Source: an archaeon
GTDB taxonomy: Archaea > Nanobdellota > Nanobdellia > SCGC-AAA011-G17 > GW2011-AR17
Length of the DNA: 64,000 nucleotides
Assembly: GCA_018656555.1 (NCBI GenBank)
Contig: JABHZQ010000012.1
Span: forward strand, 28,080 to 92,079
Reading direction: 5' to 3'
Below the pieces are notes generated by a model. The model made no database searches. It saw only the letters and a list, made by a program, of their open reading frames with translations, and was not told where the DNA came from. Below, piece by piece: positions 46,884-57,126 of this stretch (positions are counted from its first letter, which is position 1; the number at the start of each line of letters is the position of its first letter). Made by a program: the position numbers and the translations under genes.

Positions 46884-47846
46884 ATGCCGACAAAACATCA
46901 CCCACATCGAGGAAGTATGCAGTTTTGGCCAAGAGCTAGATGTAGAAAGCACTGTGCTAAGGTTAAGTCTTGGGTAGATTCTAAAGAAAATTCTGCTTTA
47001 GGATTCATTGGTTATAAGGTTGGAATGACTCACGTCTGGCTAAAAGAAGCTAACGCTAATTCTCCTCGTGCTAACATGAATGTTTCTACTCCAGTTACTG
47101 TTATTGAATGCCCACCAGTTAAGGTCTATTCAATAAGATTATACAAACAAGATGAAGATGGTTCAAAAATTATTTCTGAGATATTTTCTAAAAAAGTTGA
47201 TAAGGAATTAGCAAGAAAAACTAAAATTGCTAAAAAAAGTGGAGAAGAAAAAGAAGATTTTGATAGAGTTATGCTTACTATTTATACCCAACCGAAATTA
47301 ACTGGTATGGGAAAGAAAAAACCGGATTTGATAGAGGTTGGAGTGGGTGGAAAGGATAATAAAGAAAAATTAGAATTTGCTAAGGGATTATTAGATAAGG
47401 AAGTTAAATTATCTGATGTATTGAAGGAGGGGGAATTAGTTGATGTTCATGGTGTAACAAAAGGTAAAGGTTTCTGTGGTACAATAAAGAAATTTGGTGT
47501 TAAAAGATTACAACACAAATCAGAGAAGAAGATTAGAGGTATTGGTACACTTGGTGCTTGGACAACTAAAAAAGTTCAATATACTGTTGCTCAACCAGGA
47601 CGATATGGTTACCATTTGAGGACCGAGTACAATAAACAAATAGTTAAAATTGGAGATAAGGTAGAGGAAATAAATCCCAAAGGTGGATTTTTGAGGTTTG
47701 GTTTTTTGAAGAATGATTATGTTTTAATTAGAGGTTCTGTTCCAGGAGCTACTAAGAGGCCAATTACTTTAATTAAAGCTATAAGACCTAAGGGGCTAAT
47801 ACCTAAGATTGAACTCACCTATACAAGTTTGGAGTCTAAACAATGA
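46884..47846 (+). CDS. rpl3: Ribosomal protein L3
   Basis: 'MPTKHHPHRGSMQFWPRARCRKH…' is an archaeal L3 N-terminus. The ORF track's upstream extension is not L3-like. Confidence 0.85.
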   Translation: MPTKHHPHRGSMQFWPRARCRKHCAKVKSWVDSKENSALGFIGYKVGMTHVWLKEANANSPRANMNVSTPVTVIECPPVKVYSIRLYKQDEDGSKIISEIFSKKVDKELARKTKIAKKSGEEKEDFDRVMLTIYTQPKLTGMGKKKPDLIEVGVGGKDNKEKLEFAKGLLDKEVKLSDVLKEGELVDVHGVTKGKGFCGTIKKFGVKRLQHKSEKKIRGIGTLGAWTTKKVQYTVAQPGRYGYHLRTEYNKQIVKIGDKVEEINPKGGFLRFGFLKNDYVLIRGSVPGATKRPITLIKAIRPKGLIPKIELTYTSLESKQ

Positions 47847-48664
47847 AGGCAGAATTAAAAGGACTGGATGGAAAGAAAACTAAGGATATTACTTTGCCTA
47901 GACAGTTTGATGAAGAATTTAGACCAGATATAATTAAGAGGGCAGTTTTGGCTGTTCAGTCTCATAAAATTCAACCATATGGTACGTTTAAGAGGGCAGG
48001 ATTGGGTTATGCTTCACATCTTTCTAAGAGAAGAAAAGAATACAAGTCCTCATATGGACATGGAAATTCAAGAACTCCAAGAAAGGTTTTGACAAGAAGA
48101 GGTTTACATTTCTATTATCAAGGAGCTACTGTTCCTAACACAGTTGGAGGTAGGAGATCACATCCACCTAAGGCTGAGAAAGATTGGACTGAGAAAATAA
48201 ATATTAAAGAAAGAAGAAAAGCAATAAGAAGTGCTATTGCCGCTACTATGGTTTCTAGCTTAGTAAAGAAAAGAGGTCATACAACTGAATCAATTGTTAT
48301 TGACTCTAAAATTGAAAATCTAAATAAAACTAAAGAAGTTTTTACCTTATTCACTAATATTATGGCTAAGGAAATGAAAAGAGTTGAGTATAGGAAGGTT
48401 AGGGCTGGAAAAGGGACAATGAGAGGAAGAAAGTATAAATACAAAAAAGGTCCTTTGATTGTTATTTCAAAAATGTGTCCTTTAGTAAAATCTTCAAAGA
48501 ACTTACAAGGTTTTGATATTTGTATTGTTAGTGACTTAAATGCTGAATTGTTAGCTCCGGGTTGTGATGCAGGAAGACTTACTGTATGGACCGAGGGAGC
48601 GATAGAGCGACTAGGTAAAGAAGATTTATTTTATCAAAAGGCAAAAAAGGAGACTAAAAAATGA
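47843..48664 (+). CDS. rpl4: Ribosomal protein L4
   Basis: Position in the cluster and an archaeal L4-like sequence; 4-nt overlap with rpl3. Confidence 0.8.
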   Translation: MKAELKGLDGKKTKDITLPRQFDEEFRPDIIKRAVLAVQSHKIQPYGTFKRAGLGYASHLSKRRKEYKSSYGHGNSRTPRKVLTRRGLHFYYQGATVPNTVGGRRSHPPKAEKDWTEKINIKERRKAIRSAIAATMVSSLVKKRGHTTESIVIDSKIENLNKTKEVFTLFTNIMAKEMKRVEYRKVRAGKGTMRGRKYKYKKGPLIVISKMCPLVKSSKNLQGFDICIVSDLNAELLAPGCDAGRLTVWTEGAIERLGKEDLFYQKAKKETKK

Positions 48665-48924
48665 AAGATCCTTATTCAATAGTTAAATATCCACTAACTA
48701 CAGAAAAAAATGTAAAGGTTATGCAGGAAGAAAATAAATTAGTATTTATTGTGGATAGGAAAGCTAAAAAACCTGAAATAAAAATGGCTGTTGAAGAGAT
48801 ATTCAAAGTTAAGGTTGACAAGGTTAATACTGCAATATTACCTTCAGGAAAGAAAAAAGCATACTTAAAATTATCAATGGACACACCAGCAATTGATGTG
48901 GCTACACAACTAGGACTAATGTAA
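48661..48924 (+). CDS. rpl23: Ribosomal protein L23
   Basis: 'DPYSIVKYPLTTEKN…' L23 signature; order in the cluster. Confidence 0.8.
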   Translation: MKDPYSIVKYPLTTEKNVKVMQEENKLVFIVDRKAKKPEIKMAVEEIFKVKVDKVNTAILPSGKKKAYLKLSMDTPAIDVATQLGLM

Positions 48925-48925
48925 A

Positions 48926-49648
48926 ATGGGTAAGAGATTAATAACACAAAGGCGAGGAAGAGGAACAACTACTTACAAGGCCCCTAGTCATAGATATAAA
49001 GGTACTATCAAATATAGGCCTTTGGATGATATAGAAAAAGAAGGAGTTATCTATGGTACTGTTAAGGATATAATTGATTGTCCGGGACATAGTGCACCTT
49101 TAGTTTTAGTTAAATATGAAAAAGAGAGTATTTTAGTATCTGCACCATTGGGATTAAAAGTTAATGATGTTATTGCAGCTGGTGCTACTGCCCCAGTTCA
49201 AAAAGGAAATACACTTCCTTTACAAAATATCCCCGATGGAACATTAGTTTATAATATTGAATTAAGGCCTGGAGATGGTGGAAAATTAGTAAGAACTTCT
49301 GGAAGTTTTGCTAAGGTTTTTGGAAAGGCTGGAGAAAAAATAGTAATAATTTTACCTTCAAAAAAACAGAAGAAAATGGATGGTAGATGTAGAGCAACTG
49401 TTGGAGTTATTGCTGGTGGAGGTGCAAAAGAAAAACCTATCTTAAAGGCAGGTAAGAAAATGCACGCTATGAGAGCAAGAAACAAGTTATATCCCAAAAC
49501 ATCAGGAGTAGCTATGAACGCAGTAGATCACCCATTCGGATCTGGAAGAGGAAGACATGCAGGTAAGCCAAAAACAGCACCAAGGTGGGCTCCTGCAGGA
49601 AGAAATGTTGGTTTAATCAAAGCAAAGAGAACTGGGAAGAAAAAATAA
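48926..49648 (+). CDS. rpl2: Ribosomal protein L2
   Basis: '…[16 protein letters not shown]' C-terminus and L2 length; cluster position. Confidence 0.85.
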   Translation: MGKRLITQRRGRGTTTYKAPSHRYKGTIKYRPLDDIEKEGVIYGTVKDIIDCPGHSAPLVLVKYEKESILVSAPLGLKVNDVIAAGATAPVQKGNTLPLQNIPDGTLVYNIELRPGDGGKLVRTSGSFAKVFGKAGEKIVIILPSKKQKKMDGRCRATVGVIAGGGAKEKPILKAGKKMHAMRARNKLYPKTSGVAMNAVDHPFGSGRGRHAGKPKTAPRWAPAGRNVGLIKAKRTGKKK

Positions 49649-49649
49649 A

Positions 49650-50048
49650 ATGGCTAAAAAAGAATATACTTACAGAGGAAAATCATTGAAAGAATTGCAG
49701 GAGATGGATATGCAAGAATTAGCAAAGTTACTTCCAGCAAGAACTAGAAGAAGTTTGAATAGAGGTTTTACTGAACCCCAGAAAAAACTACTAGCTAAAA
49801 TTCAAAAATTTAAAGATGGTAAGACAAAGAAACCAATTAAAACCCACTGTAGAAATATGATTATAATCCCAGAAATGGTTAACTTAACAATTCATATTCA
49901 TAAAGGTAAGGGATTCGAACAAATATTAATTCAGCCAGAAATGGTGGGACATTATTTAGGAGAATTTGCTTTATCAAGACAAAGAATAGCACACTCAGCT
50001 CCAGGAATTGGAGCAACAAAATCAAGTGCTGCTGCATCAGTTAAATAA
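49650..50048 (+). CDS. rps19: Ribosomal protein S19
   Basis: '…[24 protein letters not shown]…' S19 core motif. Confidence 0.85.
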   Translation: MAKKEYTYRGKSLKELQEMDMQELAKLLPARTRRSLNRGFTEPQKKLLAKIQKFKDGKTKKPIKTHCRNMIIIPEMVNLTIHIHKGKGFEQILIQPEMVGHYLGEFALSRQRIAHSAPGIGATKSSAAASVK

Positions 50049-50050
50049 AA

Positions 50051-50500
50051 ATGGCAAAAAAAGAACATTCAGCAAGTGTAATTGGAAGCAACCTCGATAT
50101 TTCGAAGAAGCATACAATAGAGATCGGTAATTTTATTAGAGGTAGGCTTCTTGAAAAGGCTAAAACTTTAATGGAAGGAGTTATTGTGAAAAAAGTTGCT
50201 GTACCGTTTAAAATATTTAACATGGATGTAGGCCATAAAAAAGGAAGAATAGCTGCTGGAAGATATCCAGTTAAGGCTGCAACAAGAATCCTTGGATTAT
50301 TAAACTCTGCTGAGAGTAATGCAGAAGATAAGGGTCTTGATATAGATGCATTGTATATTTCAGAATTTATTGCTAATAAAGGAAATGGTTCATTACACCA
50401 CGGAAGGCACAGAGGAAGAGCGATGAAAAGAACACATATAAAAATAGTGTTAGAAGAGAAAGAGAAGAAAAAGAAAGTAAAAGAGGAAAAGAAAAAATGA
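50051..50500 (+). CDS. rpl22: Ribosomal protein L22
   Basis: Cluster position; L22-like basic beta-hairpin region. Confidence 0.8.
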   Translation: MAKKEHSASVIGSNLDISKKHTIEIGNFIRGRLLEKAKTLMEGVIVKKVAVPFKIFNMDVGHKKGRIAAGRYPVKAATRILGLLNSAESNAEDKGLDIDALYISEFIANKGNGSLHHGRHRGRAMKRTHIKIVLEEKEKKKKVKEEKKK

Positions 50501-51285
50501 TAGAAAGAAAATTTGTTGCGGAAAAAATGAGAGACTTTATGGTAAGAACTTATATGTCTCAACATTTAGGTAGTGGAAAGTATAGCTCTATCACAATTAA
50601 AAAAACACCTTTAGGTGAAAAAGTTGTTATTTATACTGCAAAACCCGGATTGATTGTTGGAAAGAAGGGTGAAACTATTAAAAGTCTTACAAGGGCATTA
50701 AAAAATAGATTCAAAATGGAAAATCCACAAATTGAAGTTGCAGAAATTGTTAAACCTGATCTAGATGCCCAGACCATGGCTGAAACTATTGCAAATGTAT
50801 TAGAAAGGTTTGGTCCTAAGAGATTTAAATCCACAGGCTATAGAACTTTACAAAGAATTATTGACGCTGGAGCTATTGGTGCTGAAATCTTAATTAGTGG
50901 AAGAGGACTGCCGGGAGCAAGAGCAAAGAGTTGGAGATTCTATGCTGGTTACTTGAAAAAATCTGGAGATGTTGCTGTTTCACAAGTAAGATATGGCCAG
51001 AGTATTGCTAATTTAAAGTCTGGAAGTGTGGGGATTAAGATTAGAATCTCTCCACCAGATATCAGATTACCCGATAAAATTATAATTAAAGAAGATCCAA
51101 AACTAACTGTACAAGTAGAAGAAGTAACTAAGGAAGAGGGTGGGGAAGAGAAAAAGGAAACAAAAGAAGAAAAGAAGAAAACAGTTAAAGAGGAAGAGAA
51201 AAAGACAGTTAAGAAAAAAGCTGTTAAAAAGAAAGTGAAAAAGACAGTTAAGAAAAAGGTAAAGAAGGATGAAAGTAAAAAATAA
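50497..51285 (+). CDS. rps3: Ribosomal protein S3 with a Lys-rich repetitive C-terminal tail
   Basis: KH domain 'VVIYTAKPGLIVGKKGETIKSL'. The C-terminal tail is '…KKTVKEEEKKTVKKKAVKKKVKKTVKKKVKK'. Confidence 0.85.
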   Translation: MIERKFVAEKMRDFMVRTYMSQHLGSGKYSSITIKKTPLGEKVVIYTAKPGLIVGKKGETIKSLTRALKNRFKMENPQIEVAEIVKPDLDAQTMAETIANVLERFGPKRFKSTGYRTLQRIIDAGAIGAEILISGRGLPGARAKSWRFYAGYLKKSGDVAVSQVRYGQSIANLKSGSVGIKIRISPPDIRLPDKIIIKEDPKLTVQVEEVTKEEGGEEKKETKEEKKKTVKEEEKKTVKKKAVKKKVKKTVKKKVKKDESKK

Positions 51286-51487
51286 CGAGCTAAGAAAACT
51301 ATCTGAAAATCAATTAGATGAGAAAATGATAGAGTTAAGAAAAGAACTAATTAAAATAAATGCTCAAATTTCAACTGGAACAGTTCCTGAGAATCCAGGA
51401 AATGTTAGAAATGTTAAAAAAACAATTGCAAGGATACTAACTATTAAAACTGAAAAGAAAAGGGAGGCAAATAAAACAAAACAATGA
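51269..51487 (+). CDS. rpl29: Ribosomal protein L29
   Basis: 'LRKLSENQLDEKMIELRKELIKINAQ' L29 helical signature. Confidence 0.8.
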   Translation: MKVKNNELRKLSENQLDEKMIELRKELIKINAQISTGTVPENPGNVRNVKKTIARILTIKTEKKREANKTKQ

Positions 51488-51816
51488 GTGAGATTTGCTC
51501 AAAATGTGGGCTCCCCATGGAGCTATGTGTTTGTGAGACAATAGCAAAAGAAGAACAAAAAATCACAATTAATGTTGTGAAAAGACGGTTTGGAAAACTG
51601 ATTACTCAGGTCACGGGCATAGATGAAAAGGACATAAATATTAAAGATTTGGCAAAAAAGCTGAAATCAAAATTAGCATGTGGTGGAACTGCAAAGGATG
51701 GAAACATTGAATTGCAGGGGAATCATGCTAACAGAGTAAAGGAATTCCTTGTGGAACAGGGTTTTTCGGCGGGAACTATTGTTGTCAAGAATATCTATCA
51801 AAAAGGTAGGAAATGA
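51484..51816 (+). CDS. Translation initiation factor aSUI1 (eIF1 homolog)
   Basis: N-terminal Zn knuckle 'CSKCGLPMELCVC' and SUI1 core '…ITQVTGIDEKDINIKDLAKKLKSKLACGGTAKDG…IELQGNH'. Confidence 0.75.
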   Translation: MSEICSKCGLPMELCVCETIAKEEQKITINVVKRRFGKLITQVTGIDEKDINIKDLAKKLKSKLACGGTAKDGNIELQGNHANRVKEFLVEQGFSAGTIVVKNIYQKGRK

Positions 51817-52073
51817 TAACTTCCAATAATATCAAAAAACATGAATTGATAGGATTGGATGTTGAGGTTGTTGATTCAATAAACAAAGACCTTTGTGGTT
51901 TGAAGGGAAAGGTGGTTGATGAAACAAGAAATTTGATTGTGTTGGCAACAAATAAGGGTGAAAAAAAAGTCTTGAAAAAAGATGCAACCTTTATGTTCAA
52001 ACTTGAGAATGAAAAGGTCGAAGTGGATGGAAAGGTTTTGGTGGGAAGACCGGAAGAAAGATTAAAAAAATGA
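51813..52073 (+). CDS. RNase P protein component 1 (Rpp29/Pop4)
   Basis: 'HELIGLDVEVVDSINKDLCGLKGKVVDETRNLIVLATNKGEKKVLKKDATFMFKL' matches the Rpp29 Sm-like barrel; the position between L29 and S17 is the canonical archaeal one. Confidence 0.75.
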   Translation: MITSNNIKKHELIGLDVEVVDSINKDLCGLKGKVVDETRNLIVLATNKGEKKVLKKDATFMFKLENEKVEVDGKVLVGRPEERLKK

Positions 52074-52399
52074 AACAGAAAAAAAATATCGGAATTGAAG
52101 TTGATTTACCTAAAGAGAAATGTGATGACAAACACTGTCCATTTCATGGTGAAATCAAAGTAAGAGGTAGAACCTTTGTTGGAACTGTTATCAAAAAAAG
52201 TATACACAAAACACTATTAGTAGAATGGTCTAGACCTTACTATATACCCAAATATGAAAGGTATGAAAAAAGAAGGACAAGAGTAAAAGTTCATAATCCT
52301 AAATGTATTGATGCAAAAATAGGAGACAAAGTTATGATTGGAGAAACAAGACCAATAAGTAAAACAAAAAACTTTGTTGTAATCAAAATTGAAAAATGA
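52070..52399 (+). CDS. rps17: Ribosomal protein S17
   Basis: 'CDDKHCPFHGEIKVRGRTFVGTV…' S17 OB-fold signature. Confidence 0.8.
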   Translation: MKQKKNIGIEVDLPKEKCDDKHCPFHGEIKVRGRTFVGTVIKKSIHKTLLVEWSRPYYIPKYERYEKRRTRVKVHNPKCIDAKIGDKVMIGETRPISKTKNFVVIKIEK

Positions 52400-52797
52400 A
52401 AGCACTAACATGTAAAACAGTTAAAGGACTGCCTGTAGGGGCTGAAATACCTGCTTGTGATAACTCTGGAGCTAAAGTTGTTAAACTTATTAGTGTAAGG
52501 GGCCATAAAACAGTTAGAAGAAGAATAGCTGCTGGTGGGATTGGTGATTTGATTAGTGCTTCAGTAATTAAAGGTAAACCAGATATGAGAAATAAGGTTG
52601 TTCTTGCTGTGATTGTTAGACAGAAGAAAGAGTATAGAAGACCAGATGGTTCAAGAATTAAATTTGAAGATAATGCTGTTGTTGTCCTAAAAGATGACAA
52701 GGGTAATCCTAAAGGGACAATATTCAAAGGAGCAATTGCAAAGGAGGCAACAGAAAGGTGGCCAGGTGTTTCAAAGGTCGCCAATATAGTGGTATAA
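52396..52797 (+). CDS. rpl14: Ribosomal protein L14
   Basis: '…ACDNSGAKVVKLISV…' L14 signature. Confidence 0.85.
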   Translation: MKALTCKTVKGLPVGAEIPACDNSGAKVVKLISVRGHKTVRRRIAAGGIGDLISASVIKGKPDMRNKVVLAVIVRQKKEYRRPDGSRIKFEDNAVVVLKDDKGNPKGTIFKGAIAKEATERWPGVSKVANIVV

Positions 52798-52798
52798 G

Positions 52799-53206
52799 AT
52801 GGTAGATTGGAGTAAAGATTGGATTTCAAGTAAAACTGTTGCAAAACAGAGAAAGTATAGCTATAATGCTCCATTGCATATTCGACAAAAGTTTATGGGA
52901 GTTCATTTAAGCCTAGAGTTAAGGAAAAAGTATGGAAGAAGGAGTATTACGGTTAGGAAGGGAGATACTGTTAAGATTTTGAGGGGACAATTCAGTAAAA
53001 AAAGTGGAAAGGTTACTGATATGGAACTTAAGAGAAGTAAGGTTTATGTTGAAGGTGCTGAACATATAAAGAAGGATGGTTCAAAAACACCCTACCCAAT
53101 AAATCCAAGTAATTTGATTATTACAAATTTAATCCTTGATGATAAAAAAAGAAAAGAAAAACTTAGTGTAAAAGAGAATAAGAAGGAGAGTAAAAAGAAT
53201 GGTTAA
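52799..53206 (+). CDS. rpl24: Ribosomal protein L24
   Basis: KOW motif 'RKGDTVKILRGQFSKKSGKV'. Confidence 0.8.
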   Translation: MVDWSKDWISSKTVAKQRKYSYNAPLHIRQKFMGVHLSLELRKKYGRRSITVRKGDTVKILRGQFSKKSGKVTDMELKRSKVYVEGAEHIKKDGSKTPYPINPSNLIITNLILDDKKRKEKLSVKENKKESKKNG

Positions 53207-53888
53207 AAATCACTTGAATAGATTGGTTGCACCTAAGAGTTGGCCAATAAGAAGGAAGGGTGTCAAATTTATCACAAGACCAGATGCTGGTGCACATACA
53301 TTAAAGGAAGGTATTCCATTAACTTTAGTAATCAGAGATCTATTAAAGTATGCAAAAACAACTAAAGAAGTTAAAAAAATCTTGAATGATGGAAAAGTCC
53401 TTGTAAATAACAAAATCAGAAAAAATCATACTCTTAATATGGGAATTATGGATATCCTTACTATCCCAGAATTAAAAGAAAGTTATGTTTTGTATAAAGA
53501 TATTAAAGGAAAATACAAATTAGCTAAAATTGATGAAAAAGAATCAATGAATAAGCTTTGTAAAATTCAAGATAAAGTTACATTAAAAAAAGGTAAAATT
53601 CAGTTGAAGTTTTTCAATGGTTACAACCTCCTTATTGATAAGGATGTTTACAAGACCGGAGATACTGTAATTATTAACCTTAAAGAGAATAAAATTATAA
53701 AACACTTGAAATTTGAAAAAGGTGCAAGTATCTACATTACTGAAGGAAATAAAGTTGGAATGTGTGGTAAGTTAGTAGAAATCACTGAATTAAATAAAGG
53801 TAGAGAAAATGTTATTTTTGAAGTTGAAGGAAAAAAATATGAAACTTCAAAGCATTATGCATTTGTTAAAGGAGATTTAAAACTTTAA
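53199..53888 (+). CDS. rps4e: Ribosomal protein S4e
   Basis: 'LNRLVAPKSWPIRRKG' S4e N-terminus. Confidence 0.85.
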   Translation: MVKNHLNRLVAPKSWPIRRKGVKFITRPDAGAHTLKEGIPLTLVIRDLLKYAKTTKEVKKILNDGKVLVNNKIRKNHTLNMGIMDILTIPELKESYVLYKDIKGKYKLAKIDEKESMNKLCKIQDKVTLKKGKIQLKFFNGYNLLIDKDVYKTGDTVIINLKENKIIKHLKFEKGASIYITEGNKVGMCGKLVEITELNKGRENVIFEVEGKKYETSKHYAFVKGDLKL

Positions 53889-53889
53889 A

Positions 53890-54414
53890 ATGAGTAGCAT
53901 GAAAGATATCAAAGTTGAAAAGATTACCTTAAATATTGGTGCAGGTAAGCCAGGAGCTGAATTAGATAAAGCTATCACCTTACTAAAAACAATAACTGGT
54001 AAAACTCCTGCTGAAACTAAAACTACTAAAAGAATTCCTGGTTGGGCAATTAGACCAGGATTAACTATTGGTTGTAAGGTTACATTAAGGAATAAAGATG
54101 CAGTAGAAACTGTAAAAAGACTACTTACTGCTATTGATAATTTAATTAGTATAAGATCATTTGATAAAAATGGAAATTTCTCTTTTGGTGTTCCGGAATA
54201 TCTTGAAATACCTAATATGGACTATATTCCTGAAGTAGGTATTATTGGATTGGAAGTGGCAGTTACTCTTGCTAGGCCAGGGTATAGGATTAAAAGAAGA
54301 ACTCAAAAAACAAAGAGTATTCCAGAGAGACATAAAATTTCAAAACAAGAAGGAATTGATTTTGCAAAGAAAGAACTTGGTGTTAAAATCAAGGAAGAGG
54401 AGGATGAAGAATGA
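53890..54414 (+). CDS. rpl5: Ribosomal protein L5
   Basis: '[10 protein letters not shown]…' L5 signature and cluster order. Confidence 0.85.
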   Translation: MSSMKDIKVEKITLNIGAGKPGAELDKAITLLKTITGKTPAETKTTKRIPGWAIRPGLTIGCKVTLRNKDAVETVKRLLTAIDNLISIRSFDKNGNFSFGVPEYLEIPNMDYIPEVGIIGLEVAVTLARPGYRIKRRTQKTKSIPERHKISKQEGIDFAKKELGVKIKEEEDEE

Positions 54415-54641
54415 CTGCTGGAAGTTATAAAAAAGTTTTCAAACAATTAAGAAGTAAGCCAGTAAAGTTGGCTAAATTCATTAAACATAATGCTCCTAAA
54501 CCAAGAAAGTTTGGTGTAAATAGTAAACCATGTAAATTATGTGGAAGAGTTGGAGGACATATACAAAAATATAACCTTAACTTATGTAGGCAATGTTTTA
54601 GAGATCATGCAACAAAGTTAGGATTCAAAAAATACTACTAA
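54411..54641 (+). CDS. rps14: Ribosomal protein S14 (Zn-binding type)
   Basis: '[32 protein letters not shown]'. Confidence 0.8.
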   Translation: MTAGSYKKVFKQLRSKPVKLAKFIKHNAPKPRKFGVNSKPCKLCGRVGGHIQKYNLNLCRQCFRDHATKLGFKKYY

Positions 54642-54642
54642 A

Positions 54643-55035
54643 ATGGCAATGAATGATACATTAGCAGGAACATTGAACAATATACAGAATGCTGAGACTG
54701 TTGGAAAAGGCAGTTGTAGAGCTAATCCAGTATCTAAAACAGCTAAAAAAGTTTTAGAGATCTTTAAAGATAATCTTTATATTGGAGAATTTAAAATTAT
54801 TGAAAACGGTAAAGGTGATATCTTTGATATTACTTTAATTGGTAGAGTGAATAAATGTGGAGTTATAAAACCTAGATTTTCAGTTAAATTAACTGACTAT
54901 GCAAAATTTGAGAAAAGATTTTTGCCTGCAAAGGACTTTGGTTTGATAATTGTTTCAACACCAAAAGGAATAATGACTCACACAGAAGCAAAAGAGAAAA
55001 GACTAGGAGGAAAGCTACTAGCTTTTATTTATTAA
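54643..55035 (+). CDS. rps8: Ribosomal protein S8
   Basis: 'DTLAGTLNNIQNAETVGK…' S8 N-terminus. Confidence 0.85.
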   Translation: MAMNDTLAGTLNNIQNAETVGKGSCRANPVSKTAKKVLEIFKDNLYIGEFKIIENGKGDIFDITLIGRVNKCGVIKPRFSVKLTDYAKFEKRFLPAKDFGLIIVSTPKGIMTHTEAKEKRLGGKLLAFIY

Positions 55036-55036
55036 T

Positions 55037-55588
55037 ATGATTGAAGCACGAAGGTTGATAAAAGAAATTGAAGTTCCTCAAGGTGTAGAGGTTAAGTTAG
55101 AAGAAAATATCCTAACTTTTAGCTCAAATGGGAAGGAACTTAGTAGAAAATTGTTTTATCCAACTCTTAGTATCCAAATAAAAGAAGGCAAGGTTTTAAT
55201 TGAACCTAAAAAGTTTTCAAAGAGAGAGAAAAAGATAATTAACACATTCCAATCACACATTTTGAATATGATTAAAGGTGTACAAGATGGATGGGAATAC
55301 AAAGTAGAGATATGTTCCAGTCACTTCCCAATGAATGTAGGTATAGAGGGAGATATGATTATTGTTAAAAATTTCTTTGGAGAGAAGGTTCCAAGGAAAG
55401 CAAAGATTAGAGAGGGTGTGGAAGCAAAGATAGAAGGAAATATTATAACTTTAAAAGGTATGAACAAAGAAATGGTTGGCCAAACCGCAGGTAATTGTGA
55501 AAAGGCGACACGAATCACAAACAGAGATAAAAGAAGATTCCAAGATGGTTTATGGATAATTCACAAAGCTGGAAAGGATTTAATCTAA
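55037..55588 (+). CDS. rpl6: Ribosomal protein L6
   Basis: Cluster position; duplicated alpha/beta L6 domains. Confidence 0.8.
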   Translation: MIEARRLIKEIEVPQGVEVKLEENILTFSSNGKELSRKLFYPTLSIQIKEGKVLIEPKKFSKREKKIINTFQSHILNMIKGVQDGWEYKVEICSSHFPMNVGIEGDMIIVKNFFGEKVPRKAKIREGVEAKIEGNIITLKGMNKEMVGQTAGNCEKATRITNRDKRRFQDGLWIIHKAGKDLI

Positions 55589-55589
55589 G

Positions 55590-56183
55590 ATGGTAGATAA
55601 AAAAATATTGGAACTGAGAAATGCAAGGAAAGCAAAGAAACCAGACTTTGTTAGACAGGAAGCTTGGAGAAGACCTAAATTAACTATAAAATGGAGACAA
55701 CCAAAAGGTGGTCAATCTAAATTAAGGAAAAAATATAGAGGTAAAAGAAAACAGCCATCACTTGGTTATTGTTCACCTTCAGCAGTTAAAGGACTAAATA
55801 GAGAAGGATTGAGAGAGAGAGTTATATACACCTTAAGTGAACTTGATGCTTTTGATGTAAAAACTGAAATTATAATCATAGGAAAAATAGGTAATAGAAA
55901 AAAGGTTGACATTTTAAAGAAATGTCTGGAGAATAAATTTAGGGTGGGTAATGTTAAAGATGTTCAAAAATATATCAAAGATGTTGAAGAAAAATTAGCT
56001 AAGAAGAAGAAAGATACAAAAGCTAGAGAAGACAAAAAAGAAAAAGCTATAGAAAAAGCCTTGAAGTCTAAAGAAAAAGATGAAAAGAAAGAAAATTTAG
56101 ATGAAAAATTAGAGGATGCAAAAGAAGAGACTAAAAAAGGCGACAAGAGTGATAAAATTAAAATACTGGAGAAAGGAGAATGA
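55590..56183 (+). CDS. rpl32e: Ribosomal protein L32e with a K/E-rich C-terminal extension
   Basis: '…WRRPKLTIKWRQPKGGQSKLRKK…' L32e core, then a tail '…KKDTKAREDKKEKAIEKALKSKEKDEKKENLDEK…'. Confidence 0.8.
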   Translation: MVDKKILELRNARKAKKPDFVRQEAWRRPKLTIKWRQPKGGQSKLRKKYRGKRKQPSLGYCSPSAVKGLNREGLRERVIYTLSELDAFDVKTEIIIIGKIGNRKKVDILKKCLENKFRVGNVKDVQKYIKDVEEKLAKKKKDTKAREDKKEKAIEKALKSKEKDEKKENLDEKLEDAKEETKKGDKSDKIKILEKGE

Positions 56184-56632
56184 ACATATCAAATCAAAGA
56201 AGGATTAGTGCACAGCTACTAAAAGTTGGAATTCATAGAGTTTGGTTTGATAATAATAGACTAGAAGAGATTAAGGAAGCAATTACAAAAGCAGATATCC
56301 AGGCATTAATTAGTCAACTTGCTATTCAAAAAAGACCATTTAAAGGTACATCCAGAGTTAGAGCTAGAAAAAGGGCTATGCAGAGAAGGAAAGGAAGACA
56401 ACAAGGAGATGGGCATAGAAAAGGAAAGGCTACAGCTAGATTATCTAGAAAGGCAAAATGGATGATTATGGTTAGAAATCAAAGAAAGTTTATAAAAGAA
56501 TTAAAGGGAAAACAATTGATTGAAGTAAGTATCTACAGAAATTTGTACCAAAAAGTAAAGGGTGGATACTTTAGAAGTAAAAGACACATTAAATTATACT
56601 TAACAGAACAAAAATTATTCAAACAAAAATGA
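56180..56632 (+). CDS. rpl19e: Ribosomal protein L19e
   Basis: 'QRRISAQLLKVGIHRVWFD' L19e N-terminus. Confidence 0.85.
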   Translation: MNISNQRRISAQLLKVGIHRVWFDNNRLEEIKEAITKADIQALISQLAIQKRPFKGTSRVRARKRAMQRRKGRQQGDGHRKGKATARLSRKAKWMIMVRNQRKFIKELKGKQLIEVSIYRNLYQKVKGGYFRSKRHIKLYLTEQKLFKQK

Positions 56633-57126
56633 GAAGACAAAAATTCGTAAAATATAGAAGGAAACGAGAAGGAAAAACTAACTACTCAAAGAGGCTAAGA
56701 ATGCTAAAGGGAGAGAAGGTTAGATTGGTTGCTCGTAAAACTTTGAGATATATAACTGCACAACTTATCAAGTTTGATCCTAATGGAGATAAGGTTTTAG
56801 TTGCAGCAAATACCCAAGAATTGAAAAAATATGGGTGGAAAGGATATGGAAGAAATGTTCCTGCAGGATACTTATTAGGTATGTTAATTGCAAAGAAAGC
56901 TAAAAAAGCAAAGGTGGGTGAAGCATTATTTGATATTGGATTGAATAATACAACAAGCACAGTACTATTTGCAATTTTAAAGGGTGCTGTGGATGGTGGA
57001 TTAAATTTACCTCACAGTGAAGAACTTTATCCTAAAGAAGATAGAGTAATTGGTAAACATATTTCAGAAGAAATGGTCAAAAACTTCAATGATACAAAAA
57101 GTAAGATAGAAAAGGGGGAGACCTAA
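56629..57126 (+). CDS. rpl18: Ribosomal protein L18
   Basis: '…RLVARKTLRYITAQLIKFDPNGDKVLVAANTQEL' L18 signature. Confidence 0.85.
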   Translation: MRRQKFVKYRRKREGKTNYSKRLRMLKGEKVRLVARKTLRYITAQLIKFDPNGDKVLVAANTQELKKYGWKGYGRNVPAGYLLGMLIAKKAKKAKVGEALFDIGLNNTTSTVLFAILKGAVDGGLNLPHSEELYPKEDRVIGKHISEEMVKNFNDTKSKIEKGET